Shown here: positions 39,711 to 51,409 of the stretch, in pieces | Layout: every line of letters starts with the position of its first letter | Position numbering within the stretch: the stretch's first letter is position 1 | Source of the DNA: Balanoglossus misakiensis | Taxonomy: Eukaryota > Animalia > Hemichordata | Direction of reading: 5' to 3' | Assembly (NCBI GenBank): GCA_040954595.2 | Contig: CM082589.2 | Span: forward strand, 2,473,498-2,537,497 | Length of the DNA stretch: 64,000 bases | Translations under genes and position numbers: made by a program | Notes under the pieces: generated by a model | What the model saw: the letters and a program-made list of their open reading frames with translations, nothing else | The model's database searches: none | Told to the model about the DNA's origin: nothing

Positions 39711-40477
39711 CATGGTAACTGTGTGGATTTACGTGTACTGGGCATTGATCGATGGATCAGGGTGAAGGTGAAAATATTTATGTTTTATGGAAAGTGTCAT
39801 TGTATATATGTTGATAAAAAAATGAATAAAACTTATTGGTACGCTTTCCACCATTAAAACTAAATTTCATTAAAATACAACAGTAGCTCCGTGGAGCGAG
39901 ACTATTATGTTCCATGTTTTTCTATGGTAACCCAGCCATTAATCTTTCTGGCGTCAGATGGATTGGATATGATAATCGTTTTATATGTACATACATGTGT
40001 CATGTGGTCATATCAAACTCTTTGTAAAGGAACGGGTTGCATATCACTATAAATCTGCCATTGTGGTTTGGTGAACAGACAGACACAAATTAATGCAACT
40101 GACCGTTAAGTAGGTCTCTCCGCCATTTCATATTTGTCTTCAGAAACAATTTCTGAATACAGTGCTGCCACGTAAGTATTATTTACATTCAATTTTTATT
40201 GAAATTTCTTTTTCGTAGAATAATTTTGATAAATTCATTCAACTATTGGCCCCATTTGCCTAGCCATTAACAGTCAATAAAAAACTAATGCAAACATTAA
40301 ATATTGATATTTATATGATTTATATACAATCGCTAGGCTTCAACGTGAACACATATTATACAAGTGTGTAGGCTATCGTCTGAAAAAATGTACAGGCTCA
40401 ACTTCTCCCATCTTGTTCAAACTCGCAGCTATAGCCACCACATGTAGCCTGACTGTGATTCATCCAAGCCGTCACAT

Positions 40478-41599
40478 ATGAACATGATGGTGAGAAGAAG
40501 ACTCTGCAGGTTCGCCATAATTCTGCTGGCATCTGTGACCTGTTTCAGCGCGTACCAAAATCTCTACCCAGGCAGAGAAGACCTGCCTCAGACGAGAGAC
40601 ACAAGCGCCGATCGGGACAACACGGAATGCTGTCAAAATTCAACTTCCCGACCGGGGTCCGAGGTTGCAAGCGACCAAGGAGTGAAGGTGCTTGTGTTCG
40701 CCAGGAAACGCACCGGTTCCAAGCTGACGGCCAGATACGTAGCAAGCCACCCTGATTTCTTCTACGTTTATGAACCGGGCCTGATGGTTTCGGATTATTT
40801 TGACGGCATGAAGGGACGGGACTCCAAAGACTATCTCATGGAAATAGAACCCAGAATTATCGCCTTTTTAGACGCCATATTTAAATGTGATTTTACCGGA
40901 CACGAGTACTTTGTAACTTATTTGAACGATATGAGCATGTTCCGGAAAAGGGGACTTTACGATCTACCACTGCCCATAACTATGGGAAGTATCACCCAAT
41001 TTTGTAGATCTAAAAAACATATAGTGGTTAAAATTGTTCGGCTTTACAGTTTGGAAATGGCGTTGCCGGTTCTCAAAAGTCATGACGTCAAAGTTATCCA
41101 CCTCGTTCGCGACCCTAGGGGCACGGCTACATCCAGAGGGAATTTCCGAGGGGCGGGTAACGACGAAGGTGATACCGCCATCCTCAATGCATACCCAGCG
41201 ATTGAAGAAGAGGTGACGGATGTCTGCGAGTGGATGACAGATAATTTCGAATTTGCAAATCAAGCGCCAACATGGTTAAAACAAAATTACTACCTGCTCC
41301 GGTACGAGGACATCGCGGACAACCCTTTGCACGAAGTTCCTGAGCTTTATAAGTTTATTGGCCTCACTATGCCCGACAGCATCGATGATGTCATCATCGG
41401 CAAAACAGGAGAGCTCCCTAGAAACGGCCAGGTCTGGAGAGAGCATGTGCCGTACCAGGAGGTCACTAGGATACAGAACCTTTGTTCCGCCAGAACGATG
41501 GCAATGTTTGGCTATCGTCAGATTAACAGTAGGAAGGAATTAAAAATGCAAGACAGTTTAGTTGAAGTTATGGATAATTATCACTATATAATCAGATAA
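40478..41599 (+). CDS. Carbohydrate sulfotransferase (CHST-like), copy 5
   Basis: N-terminal TM; ARKRTGSK, YVYEPG, KVIHLVRDPRG, YYLLRYEDIA; AATAAA at ~41724. Confidence 0.9.
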   Translation: MNMMVRRRLCRFAIILLASVTCFSAYQNLYPGREDLPQTRDTSADRDNTECCQNSTSRPGSEVASDQGVKVLVFARKRTGSKLTARYVASHPDFFYVYEPGLMVSDYFDGMKGRDSKDYLMEIEPRIIAFLDAIFKCDFTGHEYFVTYLNDMSMFRKRGLYDLPLPITMGSITQFCRSKKHIVVKIVRLYSLEMALPVLKSHDVKVIHLVRDPRGTATSRGNFRGAGNDEGDTAILNAYPAIEEEVTDVCEWMTDNFEFANQAPTWLKQNYYLLRYEDIADNPLHEVPELYKFIGLTMPDSIDDVIIGKTGELPRNGQVWREHVPYQEVTRIQNLCSARTMAMFGYRQINSRKELKMQDSLVEVMDNYHYIIR

Positions 41600-42172
41600 C
41601 TACATGTATTAGTATATAAGACTCCATAAACAACTTCTCTTAGACGGAAAACTGCGCCCTCAACACAAAAGTACACCACTCTTTCGTTTAGTATGTTTCG
41701 GGTCACATTTCTTCAGGTCAGTCAATAAAAGTGAACAAAACATCACTAATAATACTGATTCATGCAGACGTCACTTTTTATTAGAGACTTTATTGAAAAT
41801 ATACAACATAGTATGACAGATAAGTCATTCAAGAAAGCTACTTTCCCTTAAAAATGCATTGATTGTAAATTAGACAAAAAGTTTTCTACTTCAAGCCATG
41901 GTGTCTACTAGGAATTTGATGGTACATGTAAAGGTAAAAACAAAACTCATAAATAATACTGACAGCCACTTGATATGCTGATTGTGTCTGACCACTGAGC
42001 TGAGTCACTCAAACCTCTCACCCCTCACCATACCTAGAAGTTGTCCTTGGTATAATCAAACTGTATTTCATTGCTGTGGATCAATCCACATGCTTGGAAA
42101 CGAGGGGTGAAAGGGTCAGATCCTGTGTAAATATTCAGTGGTAACATGATCTCTCAGATACCATGGAGAGCT

Positions 42173-44146
42173 TTACAGTCGGAACCTGAAAGAACTGAAA
42201 TAAACAGAGTATTGTCAATGATATGGACTAGTTGGACCTATAGATTAAGACCATGTGAGACTTGGCAAAATACGTTATTAAAACTAGTCATAGTTATATA
42301 TACTTTGCAGGAGTTTGAGTGAAATCTAACTATCTTATCTCTGTGCTTAAATTTTACACTCTCTGTAAAAGACCGAGAACTTACTTGATGAAGTCTGGGG
42401 CTTTGGAGATAACATGTTCAAATTCAGCAAAGGACAGAGAGTCGTCGTCATCCAGATCAGCTTCTTCAAAGATCTGTCAGGAAGATATTGATATGTTATA
42501 TATTATATAGTATGAAATTGGTGGAAATTAGTGTAAGTAATCTATGGGACTATGCAGCAGGAATCCAACATGCATATTAAGTAAAAAGGACTGTGTGAAT
42601 TTTCCACTTACATTATCTATCAGCTGTTGCATGTCTTCATCAGATAACTGTTGATCTCCGGTCAGTCTATTGACGACTTCCCTGAGATCAGCACTGTCAA
42701 TGAAATCATCCTCATTGAAGTCTGTGAATTAAAAAATAAATATATACATTCGTACATGTAAGGACACACATGCAAACACAAAAAATCATGCACCGCTGAA
42801 AGAGTCATTAAAAAACTTAGCCCTGATCGTGTGTATGTAGATGTACTTACCATAGATTCTGAAGGCATATTCTGATTTGACTGCCTTGGGTGCATTGTCA
42901 CTGAAGACAGACATCATGTCCAGGAAATCTTCAAAGGTAAGATCTCCATCACCGGATGTTGAAAACACCTTACAGATTCTGTCCTTGAAGGGATTGACCT
43001 AGAAAGTAGAAGTAGATCAAATATTGTGTAACTAATTCATGGCTTTTACACGTCTGTGTCAAGCAGAGACATTTACCAGTGACAAAGTATACTACACATG
43101 TTGACTAATATAGACAGTACCTTCAATTCTTGAAGTTCCATTATTTTATCCATAGGCAACCTGACATTCCTGTCTTGTCTCACCGCATCAGGATCCAGTA
43201 AATGAAAGCGTTTGAATACACTGCAAGAAGAATGTACAAATTGTTAAAGATTCCATACAAAGTTTCACAAAATAAGTGGAAAGAAACACACAAATAAATT
43301 AAATCAATCATGACTTATGGCATTTTATTCCCAACAAGAATCAAAGTCTGGCAGTGACAAAAACAGTATTTACTTTTGAACTTTGACCTCACCAACAATA
43401 AATATCTATATCGAAATGTGTGATAAAATATAGATATACTCACTGAAGAATTTCTTTCTTTGTGAAATACGTCAACTCCTGCGAAAAGAGCAAAGCATCG
43501 GCTTGTATCATAACTGTGACTGGTTGTGATCAGGTTACCTAGCTAAACGTGCGACTGTGACGTCATCGGTCGACGGTCTTGACTACGGCTCGACTGGGGG
43601 CACACGGTATCGCCGAATATGTCGTATTTCACAAATCTATCTCCTCGACTTGTTGAGAAATGTTGACAGGACACGAAACTCGCCCGAGTCGCGATCGTCG
43701 ACGCGCAACGAATGATCTGACGTAGTTGATTACGAGCGAATCCGGCTCACATACATACTGGGAAACACTTCCGTGTTTACGTTGTCCGCCATGTTGATCT
43801 CGATATTGTGTGAACGCATTTCGTTCGGTACCTAACCGCGGTTGTGGATATCGTTATGAAGTAGGATATCCTATGTCATAGAATTTTATCAGTGACTTAA
43901 TTAGGTTTAAAACAACGCTAGAACAAACAGTTTATACAACCCAGGACTGCTCGAGTGTTTGATACAACACTGCAGCAATGGCGACAGGTGTGTGTACAGT
44001 GCACAGTACAGGACCTTCTGTCGAAAAAGTGCAATTTATCTGCACTCTGTTACTTCACACCTTTTTACTTTGAAGGAATATAGATCGATCCTTACCTGGT
44101 AATCTTCAAGTTCGGCCTCTGTAAACTGAGTATTCGTATTTCCCAT
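42173..44146 (-). CDS. CIB1: Calcium- and integrin-binding protein (CIB1-like EF-hand protein, 184 aa, 7 exons)
   Basis: Exons 44146-44096, 43478-43444, 43220-43121, 42998-42851, 42721-42612, 42473-42385, 42194-42173: [29 protein letters not shown]...[18 protein letters not shown]...[13 protein letters not shown]...[36 protein letters not shown]; N-terminal Gly for myristoylation. Confidence 0.9.
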
Positions 44147-44230
44147 CTTTACCGACCGGAATATTCTCCCCTCGATCGCGTTCGCAGTTAAAGTTATATG
44201 CCAAATCGAGGCTGACTGGTAAATTTCGTA

Positions 44231-44270
44231 ATTTGCATATCAAAGAGTTTCCTCGACACGAGTGACGTCA
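44231..44270. promoter_or_regulatory. Octamer (ATTTGCAT) and full CRE palindrome (TGACGTCA) upstream of CIB1
   Basis: ATTTGCAT at 44231-44238 and TGACGTCA at 44263-44270, 85-125 bp upstream of the CIB1 ATG; another TGACGTCA at 43558-43565 in intron 1. Confidence 0.4.
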
Positions 44271-44831
44271 TGCAGTAAACAAAAGTAAATAAATCCGTAC
44301 TTGCTATTTCGAATCGTTTTAAACAGCCGTTCGTTATCTCGGATACGTTATAGTCATTTTACAATACTTTGGGGGTAAACTTGAACGTATCCCATAACTG
44401 GACAAACGAATTTCTACAACAATTTCCTTATATAGATTTTATAGAGGTATAAAAATGCAATGTCATAATTCATTAAATCTGGCAAATTCATGGCAATTCT
44501 TCTAGAACTGTCTCAGTGTGTGATATTGTTCTGTTATTATTGATATTTGCGCATCAGGGGAACAATGATCCACAGATACACTCGTATGATTTATTAAGTC
44601 TGTTTATTGCCAAGAATTAACTATAATTCATCAGGTGGCATGTGCCAAGTCAGTATGTCACGTGATGATAGCTATACTCAAACGAAGAATGTCATACAAT
44701 CGTTATAATCGCAGTAGAAAAAGTGAAAATCTTCAGAAGCCATTCACGATCAGCAATAAATCTCAACTGACGGATTCGCTCTCAAAAATCACAAGCGCAA
44801 TGCAATTCACTAACTAGGGTCGACCAAATTG

Positions 44832-45243
44832 TAGCCCGGAGACACAGGCGTAGTAGTAGGGGAAAAGGAACGCCCGGGGACAGTCTCTATTTACGCCCCG
44901 AATTCTGTGCGCAGAACGACACGGGTGGTAAATCTTGTGTGTAAGCTAATTGGTCACTCAATGTAAACCAAATGACATCATCGCATTCTAAATAAGGAAA
45001 TAGAGGTAGAGTCATGTGTGAAATTCCCGCGACGGGATGTGGGAGTGGTTTACCAAGCTTTGTTAATTATATCATCCAACCACTGGCGCCCGTCAACATT
45101 TGATAGATCACTCGTTAGCCATTCGTTACTAAGCGACCCTGATCGTTGCCAGGGCTACTATCTTTCAGCTCAGCAGGAAGTTACTTCACTGTCCCCGGGC
45201 GTTGTATTCTAGATTCTAGATCAACGCCTGTGTCTCCGGGCTA
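44832..45243. mobile_element. MITE / non-autonomous DNA transposon, 412 bp (Academ-like or Mutator-like)
   Basis: 20-bp perfect TIRs TAGCCCGGAGACACAGGCGT (44832-44851) and ACGCCTGTGTCTCCGGGCTA (45224-45243); perfect 9-bp TSD ACCAAATTG (44823-44831 and 45244-45252). Confidence 0.92.
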
Positions 45244-45795
45244 ACCAAATTGCTCCATTAAGTAACTATAACATTACTCACACCAATAAAAAAACATGTT
45301 TTCGGAGCACAGTCATGCACTAAGCAGAAAAATCTTTCCAAGGATACACAAGGACAAAGTAGTCTTTTTCTCTCAAAGTTGACTTTCTGATAAAATATTC
45401 AATATACACTCTATCTCATTTTCTGAATCAAAGTTTTGATATCTGATTTGTTTTCTTTCCTGGTATCACAACTTGCGTTATACTTCTGTGGGATTCAGAC
45501 ACTGTCACTAATTTTAATTTTTTCACGTCGATTATTACCATTTTATTTTTATCGCCAGAATAGGGGCTAGTGCGATTTTATAAATTGGCAGCATAGTCTG
45601 ACTTACCAATCTCTAAAATATGAGATGTGTTTGTTGTAAGTTATTGTGGAACATATTCACAATTCTACACCAGTTTCTATTCATATTGTCCTTCATATTC
45701 AGTGACCCACTATAAGTGTGCAAGTATAGGTGAAACTCTCACCATTTCTTTGTTGTCTTTGTCATTGTCGTGATGCACAACGATTACTGCTGTGT

Positions 45796-48700
45796 TTATT
45801 GGGCAAACACTTTAATGCAGTGATTGGTTTGGTCAACTACAGCCACTCTGCATGGGACATCATTGGTCAGTGTGATACCATGTGGCCACCCAAGTCCATC
45901 CTCATCACTGTCAATGCGAGATATGAATCTGCCTTTGCTGTCGAACTTCACCACGCGTTTGTTTCCTTTGTCACAGACATACACATTTCCGTCTTTATCT
46001 GTCACTATTCCCGATGGCCAATTCAGGCTGACATCTGCGCTGATGTTGCGAAATGAGTATAAAAACTCACAGTCTGCATTGAACACCTGAACTCGGTAAT
46101 TGTTCATATCTGATACAAATGCTTCTCCTCGACTGTTGATATCCACATATGAAGGTCCGAAGAATTCTCCCTCTTTAGTGCCATACTTTCCAAAGGATTT
46201 GATGTGCTGACCTTGCTGTGTGTATTTCCTGATACAGTGACTACCTTCCTTGTCTGTGGCATCACCCTTTCCATCCCAGTCTGTGACATACACACTGCCA
46301 TCTAGAGGACTGATACCAATTCCATCGGCATGTTTCAGTTCAGGTTGTCCAAAGTGCCTGAGTACATGTCCATCCTCATCGCTTACAACTACTTGATTGT
46401 TGCCCTTATCTGTCATGAAGTATTCGTCATCAGCTGATACTGACACATCGTTTGGTTGAAATGGTTTCTCAAACTGTGTGAACGTTAAACTTGATTTGTA
46501 ATTTCCATCTCTGTCGGCTATGTGTACCCTGTTGTTACCTTTATCAGCTGTAACAAAGTCGCCGCGTTTATTAGTAGTTATCCCTAATGGCCTTCTAAGC
46601 TGACCTTTGCCTATTATCTTCACCAAACCCTTGACAGAAATTACAAATGGTGATCCTGGTATCGGCTGATCACCAAGGGTTATGGTGACTTCATGTCTAC
46701 CACCAACATCTGCATGAATTCTCAGACTGTGTGTACCATCTCTGTTGTCAACCACTCCAACGTTTTCTTGTGACCCATCTTCTTTGCAGATCTTTGCTGT
46801 GATTGCTTTGTGTGGTATGACTGGTTTCCCTCTTCTGTATTCAATTCTGACAATGACGTCAGCAGACTCACCCCTGACGAGTCTTTTGGGAATATCCTCT
46901 ACTCTACACTGTGATGCACTGATATCGAGTTCCAGGAATCCCAACAGTCCATGCTGCAGAGGGTCTTCAGAAGGGTTGAATCTAACTATTTCCGTTTTTA
47001 TGAATTGATTCATTTGATGAACAAATTCATGAATGTGAAGCAGAGTTTGTTTCTTTGATGACATTAGGTGAGCAGAACTCCCATCATTCACCAGTGCTTC
47101 CATGTAATCGCATGCCTTGGAAATACTTCCATGTTTTTCTTCCCAATCATCCACTTCAGTTTCGATGGTGTGTCTGATCATCTTGTATTCATCTTTCATC
47201 TCTTCAACCAGTCTGAACTCTTCCCTCTTCACCATTTTTATTATCTTCTTTGCTTTATTTCTCACTTTCTCCTCTTCCTCTTGACGATGTACTTCTAGGT
47301 CATCTTTGATACCCTCACCTCCAGTGTCACGTGACTTGACGGCCTGTTCATTTCTTCTCAACTTCGTCACCATCTCTCTCAGTTGTTTTCTGTAATCATC
47401 AGCGGCAACTTGTATCTGTCTGTGGACATGGTCAGGAATAGGATGTGCAGTGATACATTCAGGACAGATGCATACTTGACAACTATCACAAAACAGATGT
47501 ACTTCATTCTGTGTGTGAAAGCTGCAGTACACTTGACCTTGTTGTGATTGCTGACTTGATACTTCTTTCAAGTATTTGTCAAGTTTGACGTCACTCTGAC
47601 CTTTGACAGCTTTTGTGTCTTCATGGACAGTTATACAGGAAGAACAAAACTTGGCACTGCACTCTCTGCATCTATGTAGCGATTCAGTTTCTTTGCAACC
47701 TTCACATTGACCTATTTCTAAATCTTCGGTTTTCTCTGTTTCTTTTGCAAAACTCGCCTTCAAAGAATAAGTTGTGAAAAATATATATTATTAAACAATT
47801 TAAGTGAGTGGTATTCCTGATTAAAAATATTCATGACACTTTTTGGTATCATTGTCGAAGGCTTATACTTATGAAAAATGATCTCGAGAATCAAAGTATA
47901 ATAAACACGTGACAAAGCAGTATATTATATGATGTACGTTGTTAAAACAGTTTACTTGAACATACATGTATAGTGATTTCAACCCGATGATGTTCACGTA
48001 ATGTACACCAAACTTTATATTCCACTGGAAATGATTACCTGGGTATTAAATGTTTACTTACTGTTGAGAGCGCACCTCGTTTTGTTCTCTCACGAACTGC
48101 AATTTTTTCAGCTAGATCTTTTTCAACCTGCAGTCGTTTGATTTCGGCTTGCTGAATTGATTCTGTCTGCTTCAGTTCAGCAATCTGTGCAGCGTTAAAG
48201 TTAGCTTGCTTCTTGAGTTTTTCTAGCTGATCTTTGACTTCGTCTGTGTCTATTTCTAAGTCCTCAGTTTTGTGTGCTTCCTTTGCAATACTTGCCTATA
48301 AAGAAAAGATTGTGATATTTGTATTATTAAACAATTTAAAAGTACTGATGCCAATAAAATGTCTCTCTTTTGTGGCAACACGCTTGAAGATAATTAGTCA
48401 AGTAAAAAAACACGACAAATAGTTGTATTTGATAGTAAAATTTGCAATGCATAAATGACAAAATACGGTTAGTGTCATTTCAGTAGTTTTTGTTTTGTGT
48501 ATGAACTAAAATACACAATGAAAAAGGGGCCACATGGCTTAAATTTAGTCAGTAAAGAAATTAATTTTTTGCCAATGGTTTTTCTATTGGCGAACACATT
48601 CAACAAAACACATTCAAGAAAGTTTATCTCCTAATTGAGCACGGTGACTATATTATTTTTTTGACCAGTGAATTTAATTTCATTTGGAAGAACTATGAGT

Positions 48701-51409
48701 AAAACTTCATGAAAATGACAAAATCAGAAGCAATCAGACGATAAATATGTCTTAAAAAGCTTAAAAAGTGTGTACCTATATCTTAGCTTGGCGCCAAGTT
48801 TTACTTTTAAATCCATTACTAGTTTACATACCGTCAGTCGATTGATTTCTTCTTCACATTCTGCCTTTGTAATTTGAAGATTCTTAATCACATTTTGGTC
48901 TGCAGCATGCTTCAATGCCACGAGCTTCACTACAGCTTTACTGTAATTTAGGGCCACCTACAAAATATACATAATACATGCATCCTTTTATCAGACTTTG
49001 CTCATGTCAAGAATATAAGACTTGCAACATGTTCGGATATAAATCGCTTGATTCTGTTGAGCGATAAATTTCTTCCACTCCATGGCGACACATCAGAGTC
49101 GAAATCGGTTGAACGGATGTAGGATGTAGGTCTACATTAAGAATGTCATTGTATGTATCGGTAAACTAAATTTTGGTAAGTTGAGCATCAAAGTCTAATT
49201 GATAAGTCTTTATAGACAGCTACATTACTACGGTTGCATTCGGACTGGAGTCCATATTATCATTAGTAAATAGTACTAGTCACAACCTAGGCGACTAAGG
49301 TCAACCTTATGACCCTGACAACCCATGAATGTTGATAACATATCGTTTGGTCAAAGGTGATTATTGATATTCTGAAACTGACCCCACCTGAGTGATATGG
49401 GTCATGGATTCCCGAGTGGCCGAAAATATACTTTATAGAATAAACTTATAAGGGCATGGGAATCGCGTCAGTTGACTACGTGCACTTACCAAAGACGTCG
49501 ACACAAGTTTCATTTTCATATTTGCTGCATATTTCTGGTGCTCTGTCTTGAGTTCTGCTGCATATTTGGAAGCTGTCTCCTTCTCTGCTTTGAGTTCTTT
49601 GATTCTGTGCTGTGATGCCTGGAGAAGAGACCTTCTGCCGAATTCTGATATTTCATTTAAAGTCGGCCAGACTGTTGACATCAAGTTCAGTACATCGATA
49701 CAAGGAAATCTCAGTGTGATGGACTGCAATCTTCTGTTTCTTGCGTTCTCTGTGTGTAAACAAAATATTTAAATATCGGGATGCACATATACCACAGCTA
49801 CTATCACATTATACTCAGGGTACAGCAACAAGAAAATATAGCAAAATTAAATGGTGATATGGGAAATTATAAGCTATATTCGGGCAAAATTATTACTCGA
49901 ATACGTGTGATGCCGCCAACTGCATAAAGGTATACATTTCGTGATAAGCTGTTTTGATTACAGGCATACAACATCTCATTTTATGTAACGTCGATAAAAT
50001 GCGTTTTAATTGATTACCTTTGAAATATTGTATTCCTATGTCCAACTGTAACTGGTCAACTTGAACAGCTATGTAGAATTCAACATTGGATGCTTTGTCT
50101 GCAATTAGTGCTTTGATTCTCGGTGATATCAGGATGTCACTCAATTCTTGCTCAACATCGCCATTTCTAAGTCCTTTTCTGAAGCACTGGATACCATATA
50201 TCTCAAAAGCTCGAAGTGCTAGGATAACAGATGATATCTTTATCCCCATCAGCTCTATGCGATACTGTTTAAGGGCTTTATACATCGCCTTGGACTTGTC
50301 AGGACATTCTCCTTTCTTGATTTCAGCGATTTCGTATTTGTATATCTCCTTTGCACTCTGGAATAATTCTAATTGTATCCATTGCTCTAATTGATCGCCG
50401 CGTTTTGCCAGATCTATGCTGACATCAAAATCTGAAATTGTAATGTTTTTGATGAGTTTCAATATACATGTATACAGAGTGAACTTTTAAAGTATGGACT
50501 AAAATCTAATTAATTATCTATCAAAAGTCTCATGTTACTCAGTCTGGCTGTAAAATTCAATGACGCATTACTGATCAAATACCGACTGATTGCTAGATAA
50601 AAACACACAGAGAATAAGGATGCGTTTACTGCTATTCGGGGATGAAGGAATGTCAATTACATTGTAACGGCTTACTAATTTTTGACCTCTCAATGCCCCA
50701 AATAATACAGAAGGTACTCACCAACGTAGGGCTGCATTTCTGATCCTGGCAGGTCAGTGACACTTGATCGCCTTCTTCTTTGCCCTTAAGTAAAATAAAA
50801 TGTAAAAATGCATTGATAAAACTTACAAAGTATCGAAAACAGAGTTACTTGCCAATTTCTCCCGCTGATTTTCAAAACCGTTCCCCAAGTTTAAGTACAA
50901 GTACCTGACCAGTCCATAAATAAATGCATCACCAAATACCCCACAGGCAGAGTAGAGGACAAGGTGTTATCCTTCTGTAGTAAAATCATTATTTTTTTAA
51001 ACGGTAATAAAAGGGAAAGTTATTCACTTTTAAAATAGCTTGTATCTGTCCGTTTGAAGGAATCTGTAGCTGACGCCATAATGTGATTGTTATAATGAGG
51101 TTCAGTATCCGTAAAAGACTCACCTAATGCGTTCGATTGAAAAGTTTCCACTTTCTTCTTTAGCTCTGGGAGTTTTAAAAGTCCCATCAGTTCAACCAAT
51201 ACCTCCACGTTCTCTTCGGACACATGACCACTTTCTTCCAATTTCTCAAAAACGTCCATAGCAGTTTCGGTTTTCTCAACTTCGGTTTTGGTCAGTTGGT
51301 TCCCTCTGATTAGCGACTTCATCAGCTTTACATTTTCCTTGCTTAGTTCTTGGTGTAAAGTTAGTAAGAGAATCCTGAGCGGCGGTATTTTGGTTGACCT
51401 AGTCTCCAT
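45796..51409 (-). CDS. DED / TRADD-N-like / coiled-coil / B-box1-B-box2 / coiled-coil / filamin / NHL protein (RING-less TRIM-NHL-like), copy A, ~1114 aa
   Basis: Seven GT-AG exons joining in frame (3345 nt): 51409-51124 (DED-like: LRILLLTLHQELSKENVKLMKSLI...AMDVFEKLEESGHVSEENVEVLVELMGLL), 50784-50722, 50431-50018, 49749-49490, 48957-48832, 48295-48062, 47757-45796 (CEGC..CRECSAKFCSSC..H; CSFH..LFCDSCQVCICPEC..H..H; DNRDGTH..GSPF filamin; six NHL blades). Confidence 0.8.

Noticed and set aside
43530-43845. CpG-rich island in CIB1 intron 1 as a possible transposon or ncRNA
   Set aside because: No convincing TIR, TSD or RNA-gene structure found; may be regulatory but unsupported
49893-50462. 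Stand-alone 189-aa nested gene (also 57650-58219)
   Set aside because: Starts at a non-ATG codon and contains good acceptor and donor sites in the right phase; better explained as an internal exon
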